Positions 25,612 to 39,970 of a stretch of 64,000 bases of DNA are shown here, piece after piece (position 1 is the first letter of the stretch; each line of letters starts with the position of its first letter). This DNA is from Lama glama. Taxonomy: Eukaryota. The notes under the pieces are model-generated. The model made no database searches. It was given only the letters and a program-made list of their open reading frames with translations, and was not told where the DNA came from. The stretch is from assembly GCA_028534125.1 (NCBI GenBank), contig CM052818.1, forward strand, positions 6,698,001 through 6,762,000, read 5' to 3'. A program made the position numbers and the translations under genes.

Positions 25612-28600
25612 CTGGAAAAAGAAAAGTAAAAGTGGGTTAGTGTCAAGGTGTGTACTATATTTATTTAAAAACAGTATCCAAAAAACACCGCTTTGCATTT
25701 ATACAATATTTTAAACTTTTGGTGCTTTCAAATTACCCAAAGTAGTCACCCCATCTATCATATCCTTCATTTACTTCCTTTATAGCACTGTGACCAGAGC
25801 TCCTGTCACTCTATCGGTTAGCTGCTTCTTTAGTATCTTAGGTCTCCCCATCACAGGGAAAGCCTCAAGAGAGTAGCGAGCCAAGGTGAGTTCATGCCGA
25901 GCCTGCCGCCTTGACACACGGTGGGGAAGGAACAAATTCACTCAACAAATTCTAGTATTTTTAAAAGAGAAATGTTAGAAAATGAACAGAACTAAAGCTT
26001 TAACTCCAAAGCAGGCTTTCATTCATTTCTAGCAATTCACTTAAACAACCTCATTTTCCAAAATGGGAAGATCAAATGGCATTGGGACTAGCATCATGTT
26101 AAAATAAACATTTATTAGGCTTTTTGGGCTATTTACATTTTTACATTTAGACGCATATATTTAGTAATACCAGGTAACATAATTTCATATTCAGTAGTGT
26201 ACTTCTCCAATAAGGACAAACCAGTGATTCTGATACTACTTCCATTTTATGGGCAAGAAACTGATATTCTAGGAGATATAACTACAGTAAAAATAAAAAT
26301 AGAACCAAGGGTTTTTCATTCTTATACCAATAATACAGTCTGTTTAGTCGTATTTTTAAGAGCAACCATTACAAGGAAAAGGCAATTAAAAAGTTCAGGG
26401 TGGGAGGAAGAAGCTATATAAGGAAATGCAATCTGGAGTCTCTACCCTCTCCCTTAACAAGACTTTTTTCAACGTAAGCTACGTCTTGCAAGGATTTTTG
26501 TATCTATTGATGAATCTCAAGCACCTAGAATAGTGTCTGATGCATAGTAAGTGCATATTAAATAACTGATCAATAAATATAAACAGTTTTGCTGTTGATC
26601 TGAGAGTACGATACAATGATTATTTTAATATAGAGACTATGTGTAATATTGGCAAAGTCTATTGTTCCATGGCTTCAGGCACCATAGACTGCCTGAGATT
26701 TCGCTGAATAATCTTTTAAAAATTTGAAAACCAAATCATTTTAAATATCACATGTTGAGAGAGGAGGAAATAAAGTGACCTTTTACCTCATTCTGGGATT
26801 GTAAAATCTGATTATTTTTATCTTCTCCATTAACTTTGTCATCTCTTACTCTGCCTACTTTAGAGATTTCCTCACTTACTCATGCTGACCTGGAAAAGAT
26901 ACCCATCATACTGATCTCTTACAAGAATTAAGGAGAAAAAACAGTATCTGAATGAGACGGATGACAGTAATAACACAAAAATGGACAGAAACCCACCCCT
27001 TGACAGAAAGCTATTATGTACAAGGAACTATTTTGATAGCGGTAGAAGTTAGCAACAACCTTAAACTGACTTCTGACTAACCCTTCAATATGCAAAATTT
27101 TTATATTTCAAAGACAACCTTGTTGGAAATGTTGAAGAACCAACCACATTTAAATTATAAATAGCCTAGAACATTTTGCCATGCATAATTTCAAGTCTTT
27201 TATAAATAGAGCTTTTAAAAATATATTAAAGTCATGTCTTCAGCAGACTAAAGCTACCAGTGTGAAAAACACCTGTCTAAAATTTTAAAATTTCGTATTT
27301 CCAATACCACCTATCCTCTCAGCTCATGTTTACATCTTAGAACCTGTATAATGAACCTATAATGAACATACTCTTCAGATGTTGCCTTCCAAATCCACAA
27401 AACCTAGTCCTGGTCAGTTTACCACTGAGCCACCAAGGCCAGGGTGTTTTTCAGGTATACCTACCTGTTTCTGAAACTATGATGCAATTCTTACTGTATT
27501 ATCTTTCAAGACAGAAGTTAGTGTGATATGATGGCATGTGCAACAGACAACCTGCTTGCTCTTACCTAGCTCTCCACTTGAACAGTGGTTGACAGTAAAG
27601 AAGTATCACATACTTTCCATCCTAAAAAAGTGTTTAACAGAAATCAGAAGTGCTAGTCCATTTTTCCACAAAGTCTTCCCAAATAATTTACCAGTGTGAC
27701 CCAGACAGAGCTGGAGAGACAACTGCCATGGAGGAAAAGAATACCTACTATTTTCCAGTCCATTCAAATTAAACAAAACAAAACAAAACAAAAAAACAAA
27801 CCTCTCATATCCTTCTTTTCAAAAATCAAACTCTTTTGTCCTTAAGTCAAAAGCTAGCTCACTTGATAGGAACTGAAATCATATACATGGGCAAAGAACC
27901 TCATTATCCCAACCATACCCAAATTTCTATAAAACTTAAAATTTGTCACGATCACCAGCCTAATATCACATTAGTAGTCACAATATACACATATATTCCA
28001 AAAATAGAAAGCAAATACTATATAGACATTAAATCTCAAGTTTATTTTAAAGTAACAAACAGATAAGGACACTGGGTGGGTCAAAAGTGTCCATTTACCA
28101 GGCTGAAAATGCTCATGTGGGTATAAATGTTCTTAAAGAAAATGATACAATCAATGAATGAAAAAAGAATCTATCGCTTTGTAAGGGCATTTTCAGCATA
28201 CTAAACATAAACAAATGATTTAAGTGAGAAGTCATAACAGAAGTTGTTTGTAGGTGGGAGGAGCAATATGGCATGGGGCACAAGTCAAGTCCTGGTGCAG
28301 GGAGGAGGCAGGGAAGGCTGACATTCCTCCTCCCTCATTCTGAGCCACATTGGGAAACAAGCAACACGGCAAAGCTATTATCACAACACTCAATATTTAC
28401 TGACTATAACTGTTCAGATGGGTAGTTTGTATCTTAAAATTCTTATTTGAGTATATTTTAAGGGACAAGATACTTGCCAAGGGCCTAAGGTAAGAAGACA
28501 AAAATTGAGAACTCCTGAAACTATAAAAATAATTGGAAATTACTATTCCTGTGCTTTACAAAAAATGGAAATTTGGCCTTTAGTTCAAATTAAATATATC

Positions 28601-31600
28601 AATCACTTATTAATGAAATTATTTATTCTGCTTATGCAGTAGTTCATTGGAAGTAGATGCTGCCATAGTAGTTCAGTGCTGGCATTCCTACAGGGTACTA
28701 GATGTTTGGTCAAATGGCAGTAGCTGCACTATTTCACATTATTTTAAATGTAAAAGCATTAATAGCTGTAATGACAAGAATTTAATTACAAGTATCTATT
28801 TCTCAATAATACACAACTAACAGACAATCTGGCATTTCCTTTCTTGCAAAAAGTCAGTAATTTTTTAAAAGATCTAAACCATGATGTAATAAAATACAAA
28901 GAAAATATTCTAAACTACTCTTTTGGCATCATTTTAATTCTTGAAATCCCTCCCCCACTCGAGTCATTTTAAGACTTGGTCACTTAGTTCTCTCGTTGTG
29001 TGTGATAAGGCTGTGTTTAAGAAACAGATTTTACCATATATAGTTTCCTCTTCACAGCACTGTGGTTTACGCTGGCTGCCTTACTTCCCACTGAGTCATC
29101 AAATGGTAAGAACATGAACAGTATAATATTCTTTTAAGCAAAAAATGAAGACAAAGTCAATGTACATTTGCTCTAAAAGTAACTTTCTTCCCTCAAAAAC
29201 TAAACTGGGATTTATAAAGCCTCATTTGGGCTAATTCAATTTGTATTTCTCCTTTATTAATGTAAGATATTAATTTAACTGCACAGTGATTATTCTGATC
29301 TTAGACTACCAAAGTATTTATTCTATATATTCCAAAGCATTTTGCAAGGTGAAACCAAATTTGATTCTGACTTGTTTCTACTTCAAACACTCCTAAATTC
29401 TACATTTAAGTTTGTATAAGCCTGATAAAGCACCCCATAATCAACTACAAATGTGAATTGTACAAGAATAATTATCCTAACATTATAAGCTACTTTGTAT
29501 CACTAGATCCTAAAAATTATACCAGTTGCATTCAGCACTCCAGATGTCTTTACTGTTGGTGAACTAACTCAATGCTGATGAAACCACCCAAGTTTGGTAA
29601 AAGAATACACACCACCAGGGGCCTGGGCCCAACTCCTGAAAGGCACCTGAACCTAAGCAGATCTTCACATGCTCACCTATCTGGCCACTTTCAGCGGCTA
29701 CATTTTGGGTTTGAAAGGTTGTGAGGATGAAGCACATAGGACATTGGAATCCATTGAATTTTTGTCCTCTAGGAGGCCCTAATGAGACACTGGTCTGGTT
29801 GGGAGCTGGTGAGGAAGAGGAGCAGGACCAGCATGTGATCACAAGAACTCTCCTACTCAGAGCATTCAACTTAAGGCCTGCCAGAGGGGTTTAAAAAATT
29901 ACCAAGTTCTCAAGTAGCCTATAATTTTAAAACCTGAAATATGTAAGAAGCAAGTTGCTTCAGAGCAGTAACTATTCCAACAAGTTTTTAGAAATCAAAT
30001 TTTAGTATCTTCTTTTATTTAATCACAGAGGAATTACAAGACCTTTGGGTACCTAAATAAAATCAAGATGACTATGAAGTATACGTGGCAAAAAATACAA
30101 AATCTAAGTGGTTACTAATCCTCCAAATTTTCAGAACTATCATAGCATTCCTGACTACATACTATACAAGAGCTATTTCCTTGAAGTCAACTATGTCTAT
30201 AGAAAACCTGGATAAGATTTTAAACTAACTAGAAACAAACACCAAATATGTTTTTATTTGAATTAACTATGCTTTTCCCATTTGTCATAATAACTGATCT
30301 CTTGTCTTAAGGAACAAGATCCTTAAATTATGGATTAGATGGAAGACTAAGCAATAATACACAATCAGTTTTCTAATAAACTAATAAAACAGTAACGTAA
30401 AAATGAGCTTCGGGTTAACATTCCTGCTCTAACTGAACACTAAGAAAAAACTCAAATACACTACAAAAACAGGGTTCACTATCCTTCAGAGTGGAGGAAC
30501 CCATTAAAATATAACTGACTCCAATTTCTACACAGAAAAGCTGACATTCACAGAATAAACTATTTTCAATTCAAATTTTAAAGCTTTACATCCATCTAGA
30601 GGTCATTCTGAGAGTACAGTGGAAACAGGCTAATAATTTCAAAAACCACATTTAACTGAGTTTTAACTGTAAAAGTAATACATGTTTATAGCTAATTTCA
30701 AGACTGTTTTTTAACAAAACATGTATTGTTAAACTAAGAACATTCTCCCAATAAGTCAGAAGAGTCATGATGTCCTTCCCACCTTAGGTCACTTATCCCT
30801 AGTCTCACAGCAACCATGATGAACATATATTTCTTATGAATCCCTCCAAAACCTTCACGTACATACACAAACTTGTGGACACACAAATTTACCTTTAATA
30901 AAGATATTTTAAAATATCTTGAATAAAGAACAGCCACGTAAATGGAATTTCTGTAAAATCTTTTTAAAACTTAGTAAATCTTAAACATGTTTCCATAGTG
31001 GTAGATCTGCCTCCTTTTCTCTAAGGACTATTCCATTGTGTATGGATGTCCCATTATATGATAAACCCCTTCTTACTCTCATCTGTTTTTTAACTTAGTT
31101 CAGATAAAGCTAGTGTAACTATTGCTTGTAAAAGTCTGTAACAAATTCAATCAAGACAGTGAATATCAGCTCTTTCCCCCTCACAATCCAGTTTCCAAAG
31201 TGCTTTAAAGTTCAAATTAAATCTTTTCTAATTCATACGTTACATTTATGGAAGGAAGAGGATAAAATTCACAAAATATTGCAACTCCAAAATGATTACA
31301 TTGTTGTAATGTAGCGGGGAGTCATCACCACAGAACTCATCCAAAATAAATAACATTTCTGTCTCCTAACTTGCTGACTTTGCTGGTGAAAAACACTCTT
31401 TTTTAAATGGGGAGAGGGCGATTGAAAGAAACAACTTTCAAATAACTTCTAAATCAGTGTTTTACTCAGATTTTTACAATTTGCATTTTAGAATCTTAAA
31501 TACTCACATTGTCTGTACTATGCAAGTAAGGGGGAAAAGGAGGGGTACCCAATTGATAAACTTCCCCTAAGGTTAATGGAATAAACACTTGGGCCTTGAG

Positions 31601-31899
31601 GGGTGCTGTATCTCCCAAGATCATCCACTGGAACATGCTGGTCTCTGCAGGGCTGCGCCTGGGCCAAACTTCCAGCATCCATAACTAAAAGTAAATGATG
31701 CGTTGCCGATGTGGCCTCCCCTTCCCTCAAAAAAACAAAAACCAAGGGGGAAAAAAAAAACCTCAGACACTGCGAAAGGACTGAGGTTCATTGCATGACA
31801 GCACTTCCCTTTTTTCTTTAAACCCGTTTCCTGCCTGCCGTTCCGAATCTTCACTATACAGGAAGAGGAAGGCCTCTGGGTCTTTCTCCTTTTTACACA

Positions 31900-32900
31900 C
31901 CGGCGACCCTGGGGAAAGGATCCCTTCTGGAACACACAAACCCAGCCTTTCAGCCCTCTGGTCCTTAAGTCGAATAGCCGCGGCTCCAGCGGGGAGCCAG
32001 CCCCGGCCCGCAGCAGGTGGGAACCACATCCAGCTCCGGCCTTGCCCGCCGGCCTGATCCCGAGCTGTGGGGTGGCGGGTTCGGGGAAACCAAGGCCAGG
32101 CCCGGCCTACTCGTTCCCTACACCCGCGGAGGCGGGAAGCGCTGACCCGCGCCCCTTGGCCCCGGCGACCGAGGGCCCACGGGTGCAGCCCTGGGCGCCT
32201 AGGGCCCGCGTGCCCCGCACACATCCCCGCCCGGAACTGTAGCCGCCGCAGCCTCCCCGCCGAGCGCTTACCCCGGTCCCGTTGTCGCACACCACCACCT
32301 TCCTGCCCTGGCTGTCCATCGTCCGCCAGGAAGAGAGCCGGAGCCGCCGGAGCCGCCGCCGCCGCCGCCGAACAACCTAGAGCTGCTGCCGTCCGGCCCG
32401 TTCCTCTTCCTCCTCCTCCCTCTTCCCGGCCCCTCCCTCAGCCCAACTTTCTTCCCCCAACCGGAAGTGGCCGCCCGGCCCCGCCCGCCGTCTAATTGAG
32501 TGCTGAGCGGAAGAGGTGGAGACATGAGGGAGCAGGCGGAGACTGGCGGCGGTGAGCTCCAATAAGAAACAAAGGAGCTCGAGGCCCCGCCCGCGGAGCC
32601 GGAGCAGGCTCACGCTCCAGTTCCGCCTTCGCGGTCGCCGCCCACCCAAGTTCTTCCTGTCGGCTCTGGTTACCGGCTCTTTCCCGGGCGTTGATGGCAG
32701 CCTAGCTGGTGGGCGCGGCTTTCTCCCTCCCTAAGGCGTGGCAGGAGTTGAGGGTGCTGTTTTCTTGGCTGCAGAAGGCGCAGGCAGGTGAAGGAACCGG
32801 GTCTGTCACGAGATGACAGTAGAATGTGTTCAGAGAAGCCTGCTGGGAGGGCGGGAGCAAACCGAGACACCCGTGCTAACCCCACCATTGAACGTGGCTT
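31900..32900. promoter_or_regulatory. ACTR2: CpG-island promoter of ACTR2
   Basis: Dense CpG/GC around exon 1; perfect ETS/GABP motif ACCGGAAGTG at 32460-32469, second GCGGAAG at 32507; GC boxes GGCCCCGCCC at 32477-32486 and 32583-32592; no TATA box seen. Confidence 0.9.
32272..32319 (-). CDS. ACTR2: ACTR2 coding exon 1 (MDSQGRKVVVCDNGTG)
   Basis: ATG in strong Kozak context (ACGATGG); DNGTG phosphate-loop motif; GTAAGC donor from 32271; 48 nt. Confidence 0.99.
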
Positions 32901-33203
32901 GGTGTGTTATTGCTAATAGGCCTGTTCAATGGACAGAGATGGGATGGGTACACAGACATGAACTCATGAATTTATAGTGGTACCTCCAAATCCAGCCCAA
33001 CCCATCTTTGCCCAGTTTGCCCTTAGTCAAGTGAGCAACATTTCTCACCACTTCCCTTCTAGCAGCACCATGTTGCATCACACCTCTGAACTGTGAAGCT
33101 GGCTGGCACTCTCTGAGTCATAAGCCCCTCACTTCTGGGGTCTCTGTGCCTGGAGACATTGATACCTTAACCCCTACTCCCCATTGCAGGGCCACTGCAT
33201 TTC

Positions 33204-33558
33204 TGTAGGATTAAAAAACCCATCTCTTGATGTGTGTTTACCCTGAAAAAACTCAGGGCCCGCCCGAAGAGATAGCCCTGCTCACAATACCCTAAGTGGA
33301 CAGGCCTCACATCCTGCCTTTACCAAAACTGTAAAATCTAGTGTTCAGAGAAGTCCCCGACAGATCTTACAATCGGGTGCCTGTGCACGAGATGATCATT
33401 GCAGCCCCTACCCCCAATAAAAGACCCTGAACAGCCACCCCCGGTTCTCACGCAGGCTCCTCTTGCCTGTGTGGCCTGCTGTTGCCTATAGAAGTGTAAC
33501 TATCAAACTTTCCTAAACTCTTCTTGGTCTCTGGTAACTCTTCTACCAACCTGTGTCA
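33204..33558 (+). mobile_element. Probable solo LTR (ERV-type)
   Basis: TG...CA ends, AATAAA at about 33416, U5-like TGTAACTATCAAACTTTCC...GGTAACTCTTCTACCAACC; no clear TSD. Confidence 0.5.
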
Positions 33559-33609
33559 CCATCATAATGTTGCGTGCCCACGACATAAAGTATAAGTACC
33601 TATTTGAAC

Positions 33610-33800
33610 CCAAAGTCTCTGCTTTCAAATCAGACAACCCTAGTTCCAAATATGGCCTTACTACTCGGGAATTCTGTGACCTGGGCATACCCTTGTCTAT
33701 ATATGCGTGGGGATGATAATTTCTACTTCTATGTGTTGTTGTGAGGATAAAATTCTGTGCACAGAGTAAGCGTCCATTCAGTAGTGGTAGCTACTTATTA
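33610..33800 (+). mobile_element. MIR SINE fragment
   Basis: TGTGACCTGGGCA...GGGGATGATAAT...GTTGTTGTGAGGATAAA MIR core. Confidence 0.6.
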
Positions 33801-34558
33801 ATTCCATACTCTTAAACATGCAGTTCTCTCTATAATGCCCCTACCTTTTTTCTTTTTAATCAATTGGGAAACTTCTCATGCTCCAAGACCCAGCTGTTAC
33901 ATCTATGAAGACTGCTGATAACCTTCAAGGTGCTCTTCACTCTCTTTCTTTGCTATTAGTTTACTGTGGATATATGAATTGTTGTGCATATTACACTCAA
34001 CAAATATTTATTAGAGGAATGATATTAAAATTCATCTAGAAAAAAATGCCGTCATTTTTGAGAGGTGAGAACTAGAATTGTGCCTTTCACATGGCTGTAT
34101 ATGTATAATGACAAGAATAAACTTGGATCATGACCCCCCCCCCAGTACAGCATTATAATATGAGGCTGCCTCTCAGTTTTTCACTTTGTTCTTTTATTAG
34201 ACAGTGGTTTACAAACCTTTATAAAGATATAGAATGCTTTATTCAAATTTAATCTTATATGGAAACCCAACATATAAAATAGCTCAAAATAAAGCTGCCA
34301 TAGTTGTTGGAAGTTTGAGAAGTTAGGATGGGTAGGAGGCCTCAGGGGAATATGTCTTTCCTGAATCAGCTTCAGTAGTCATTGAGGGACCTCAACCTGC
34401 TGAACAGTACATTAGTTCATAAATTACATGTCTTACATTTGTGGCCCCAGTGCCTAGCATTCTGCAATTTTTCTGTAGGTTTATTTAAATGGTCTCAGCA
34501 AATTGAACTCAAACATTTCTGTGTCCTTTTACTTTTCCTCTTTATGAAATTAAATGCA

Positions 34559-34688
34559 GGGGAGGGTATAGCCCAGTAGTAGAATGTGTGCTTAGGATGC
34601 ACGAGGTCCCGGATTCAATCCCCGGTACCTCCATTAAAAATAAATAAATAAATAAATAAAACCTAATTACCGTCCCCTCCCCGCAAAA
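34559..34688 (+). mobile_element. tRNA-derived camelid SINE (Vic-1 type, long tail)
   Basis: GGGGAGGGTATAGCCCAGTAGTAGA head, (AAAT)n, ACCTAATTAC tail; TSD-like GAArTTAAATG on both sides. Confidence 0.88.
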
Positions 34689-35749
34689 GAAGTTAAATGG
34701 ATTACTAATTTTTACTTTTCAAGTGGTAGCATTTGTTGTTTTCTTCTGATGATAAAATCAGTACAAGCAGATGATACAGAATATCAGCAAACATCTATTC
34801 ACTACACTAATGAAAATGTAGCAACACTCCTTGATTATGGGCCTTGATTATGCAAATTCAGATATAATGCTAATGGTGACTGGCTCTTGCCTTCTACACC
34901 AGACTCATCATGGTCATTTCATTTGCCTTCAAATAACGTGATCTCACATTTTAGGTGACTGATTTTTTTTGTATGTGGGAGAGGGGTTCATTTCTAGTCC
35001 TCTGCTGAAATTCTACATGTATTATTCCACACAAAAATCTTGCTAGATAGCCCCTTTTTACATATGAAAAAATGGAAACTTTAAAAGATTAAATAGCTCT
35101 CTAGGTAGGCAGACAAATGTCTGAACAGCAGTTTTACCATTTACAGAAATGTGAACCTGACTAGTTAATTTACTGAGCTTTAGTTTCCTCATTTGTAAAA
35201 AATGAAACTACCAACACCTGCATTTCCAGCCTGATGTGAGGACCAGAAAAATGCATTCAAGAGATTGAGCAGTTTGCTCAAGGAGAGAGCCTAGGAGCAG
35301 GGGGACCAGGTTTTAAATCTAAGTCTTTAGGATGCTGGATTCTTAGCCCTTAACTTCTATGATACACCACCACTAAAAAGGCCACCGGGTCTATCCTTCT
35401 CAGTCTTATAGTCCTAATATGTTAGAACATCCCCTTGACTAATTTAGAAAGAATATTAACATCCTTTCATTCATCCATCCATACAATTTATTTATTTGTA
35501 CCAGACATCTCAGCTTTATTTGGTGAAGCAAGACTCAGCAGTTAGGACCTGGGCTTTGTGCAGTCACAAAATTAAGAATATTTGATAGGAAGAATAGCTT
35601 TTGGGTTAGAAGGAGTAAGATAGAATCAAAGAAATCATGTTCTAGTCCACTATTAACAGTGAAGCAGTTTGCCCCTGAGTAAACTGCTTTCATTTTTATC
35701 CTGAAAGTAAAAAAAAAACAAAACAAAACAAAAAAACCCTTTAGTGAGA

Positions 35750-36480
35750 TAAACACATGCCATATAATTCACTTATTTAAAGTATATACAACATCATATG
35801 TTATTTATATTTCAATAAAACTGGGAAAAAACCACTATAATTGTAAAGTTCTGCAACCATCACCATAAGGAATATTAGAACATTTCATTATCCCCGAAAG
35901 AAATGCCATACCCATTAACAGTGACTCCCCATTTCTCTGCTCCTCACCCACAACCCCTGAACCCAGTCATAAACACTCACTAATATACCTTCTGTCTCTA
36001 AAGATTTGCCTATTTTGGACATTTCATTTAAGTGGAATCACACAATATGTGACTTTCTGTGACTGGCTTTACTTAGTGTAATGTTTTCAAAGTTAATCTG
36101 TGTCGTAATTAATTAATATTTAAATAAATGGATAGAATTTAAATGTGTATTACACCTCAAATAGAAAAGTGCACAAATTATTCTTTTATGGCTCAAGACA
36201 TTATCACTAAGTGAACACAGCTATGAACCACATCCAGGTCAAGACTTGTAACATTACAAGCACCCCAGAAGATGCCCCCACATGTCCTCTCCATCACTGC
36301 CCCACTTCTCCACCCCAAAGGAAAACATTAACCAACTTCTAGCAACATAGATTAATTTTGCCGATTTTTGACTTAATATAAATGGAATCATTACACTATA
36401 TATATTCTTTCATTTCTTTCACTCAATATCATGTTTGTGAGATTCATTCATTCACGTTGTTGCCTGAGGCTGCCATTGCT
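35750..36480 (-). mobile_element. Old L1M 3' fragments
   Basis: TTTGCCTATTTTGGACATTTCAT...GGAATCA motifs typical of antisense L1MB/L1ME 3' ends. Confidence 0.6.
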
Positions 36481-39039
36481 CTCAGAATTTAACTATTAAT
36501 AGATGACTTCTTAATAAGGATCCAACACCCCTAAATAGTTTTTTAAATAACCAAGTAGGTTTGAGTTTCTCTTTTCACGTGATTTAGAGGGGGAAATGTG
36601 CCTGACAACAGTGTCCAAGATCAAACTATAAGCTCAGCGCCTCCAACTAAGCTGTCATCACCAAAAGAAAACTCTCAGCACAGCAGTTTCCATCTAAGAA
36701 TCATCTGAATTATTTAAGATGTATAACATTTGATTAAATTCAGAATTTATATATCTTTAACCTAAATAAGACATTCCGTTACCTCAGTATTGTGATTAAA
36801 ATCCGATGTCAGTAACTTGCTATTGAAAAGAGAAGAAACACAAGGCTTGTGGGGGCAGTCCTCAATTTAAATTTCTAACAAAAGATTAAAAAGGAATATG
36901 TTCCACGTCCAAAACTCCCAATGGCAGCATGTGGAACAGCATGAGCTTTTGTCACAAGCTGTTTGGGCCTTGAAGCTTGACAAACAGGTCTAAAATAAAA
37001 ACATGTGAGTTTATGGAAATAAAAATAGAACTCAATAAGATGAAGCACAGGCTCTGTCTCTTCTATTGGCCTGGAGGCCTAAGGTCAGCTTCATCTACCT
37101 TCTCAGGATCAGTTTTTATCTGTGTTATGGTCTCTCTGAGTCCAGCTAAGATCTTCACCTACAGATGCCAGAGGAAGTTGTGAATGCTCTTCAAATTCTG
37201 ACTCATCTCCTGGTGCTGGCTTTCCAAGAAGGTGTAGACAGTGGGAGGAGTGAGCAGGGAGTTACTCTCTTTCTGCCACTGCTAAAGCCACCTAGCATTC
37301 TAGCCTAGCGGTTCCCAACCTTTCCAGCACAAGGAGCCCATGGAGTACACTTTGCTGCTTCATTTTGGCTGTTACTCTGAGCCGTTGCCAGGGAGACCCC
37401 ATCCTTTATATGCTGGGCATGCGCAGGTGACTGTCAGACATGTGCTCCCATAATTGTTACGGCACACCCTGAAATAATCAGTATCACTACTATGAAATAG
37501 CAGTATTGCTGTTTTCTTGCAGAATATTGAAAATAGCCCTCAGATGCCGGTGATGACCTTCAGATTTGTTACCACCCCCTTCTTTCAGAAATGAGTAGAC
37601 TGAGGTGCAGAGAAGTTACATGATAGAATAATGAATATAGTTATACCACGGAACAATGAATCTAGTAGAAGGTATCTGGGACTGTGAATCAGAAGACCTG
37701 GGTTCTAGTCTTCACTTTAAGAAAGATTTAGCTTTCTGATCCTAACCAGACTTTTTAAACTTTTCTCACTTTACTCAATTCAGTTTGGTTTTTCGACCAA
37801 ATAGATGCATTACTCTTTTAATTTATAAAAGGTATTATTATTAGGTATTATTGTGTTACAAATCACAGTTACAACATTGAAATTCATGTTCCCTTTTATT
37901 TTTCCATTAGGTGAGCATTAAATGGTCAGAGAGGCTCACCTCACACATTTGTTCCTTATTCATTCACCACGTTCCCCCACCCATGACCTGTATTACCATT
38001 TCTAGAAATGTGATCACTTCTTTATGCATGTCCAGGTAAATCTAGATAATTGACACATTACACTTGACTCGAATTCCCACTGTAAATGGGAAAAGCAATA
38101 TATTGGCGCCTAGAAGAACATTGTCATCGATGAGAGACCAGTCATCTCCTATGGCAGAGAAACTTAAGTGTGCTAAAGTGGACTAACTCCTATTGGAATC
38201 TGTCACTTAACTTTGGTGCACCTCCATTTATCACACAGTGCAGAGAGCTTGAGTTTCCTTTTGAATATCTGGATGAGATTTCATCTTGGAACATAACGTT
38301 GCCCCAGGGAAACAGACCGTTCAAACCTGTTGGGGCATTCTTAAGGATAAATGATCGCTCTTTACTCTTTGGTTGAGGTTATGGGACAGGGATACTTTGC
38401 ATTGTTGATTTGGTCTGACAATTACATTGATGTGGAAAAAAGCTTTGTTAAGCATTATAGATATTTTTGTAAATCTCAGAGACCTCAAGGAAGAGTTTGC
38501 CAGGGATTTGCCAGTGTTAAGTTTGTACAACTTTAAAGCATAACCTATTGCTCATTTGGTAAGTATGGAATGAGATCACTAAGCATGTTACAGCATGATA
38601 CTATGCCTGAAAATGAACACCAGTCCACTTACTAGAGGTTAAGAGGAATTGAAGGCTGAAATAAATCAAACAGTAACATTCTTAGTAGGAACAGCAGCTT
38701 ACTGCTATTTATTGGTCAAAAATTAACTACCTAAAGTTTTATATCTGCTAGGAATGTAAGAATTCAAACCTAAGTCTTCTGATTTGAAGTTTGATTTCTT
38801 TCAGTAGTAAAATATTGCTTCTGCTTTTTATTCTGTGCTTTTTGGTTTTAGTTAATAGTTAATTACACAAATAATACATCAATTCATTCTTCTTTTAAAA
38901 TATAATGTATTATAGATACACTGTAAATTTCTTTTAATACCCATCATTAATCCCAGTTCCCTCTCACCTTCCCAGGGGTAATACTGCTTTAAGTTTTAGT
39001 GGACCCTTAGAGATTATTTTTAATGTATCCATTAGATTC

Positions 39040-39970
39040 ACAGGAAAAGATATTCAAAATCATTAGCCATCACAGAAATGCAAATTAAAACCACAATTAG
39101 ATATTGCTAGATACCTATTAGAATATCAAATAACTAAAATAAAAGATAGGGATAACATTAAATGCTAGTAAGGATGCAGAAACTGGATCTCTCATACACT
39201 GCTGGTCAGAATGTAAAATGATACACTCAGTCTGTCAATTTTTTATAAAACTATCACTTACCATACAACCCAGCAATGGCACACTTAAGTATTTACCCCA
39301 GAGAAATGAAAACATTCACTTACAAAGAAACCTACACAGGAATGGTCATAGCAGTATTATTTGTAATAGCCAAAAACTGGAAAGAACCCAAGTATCCTTT
39401 AATGAGTGAATGATTAAACAAAGTGTAATACGTCCATGTTATGGAATATTACACTGCAATAAAGAGAAACTATTGGTACACACAACTTAAATGGATCTCA
39501 AGGGGATTATGCCATGTGGAAAAAAAAAGCAATCTTAAAAGTTATATACTGCTTCACTCCATTTATATAACATTCTAGAAATGACAAAATCTTAGCAGTA
39601 GAGAATAGATCAGTAGTTGCCAGGTTTGGGGAATGGGGTGGGTGGAGCAGGATGGGCATGACTCTAAAGGCATGGCCCGAGAGATCTTTGTAATGATGGA
39701 GCAGTTCTGTATCTGGATTGTGGTGGTGGTAACACAAATCTTTATATGTGATAAAATTGCATAGAAGTACACACATACACACAAATGAGTGCATATAAAA
39801 CTGGTGATACCCAATTAAGGTTATGGATTGCTATCAATGTTACTTTCCTGGTTTTGATATGGACCTATGCTTATGTAATATGTTATCATTGGTGGAAACT
39901 GGATCAAGGGGCCTGGCTATACTATTTTTTACAACTTCCTGTTAATCCATAGCTATTTACAATTTAAAAA
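39040..39970 (+). mobile_element. L1M (L1MC/L1MD-like) 3' region
   Basis: GAAATGCAAATTAAAACCACAA, CCATACAACCCAGCAAT, GCCAAAAACTGGAAA motifs. Confidence 0.75.

Noticed and set aside
31621..32888. Many overlapping 60-175 aa ORFs on both strands
   Set aside because: Expected from stop-codon depletion in a CpG island; only the 16 codons of ACTR2 exon 1 are supported
38040..38640. Unique-looking segment with three short overlapping ORFs
   Set aside because: No recognisable domain, splice structure or retrocopy hallmarks
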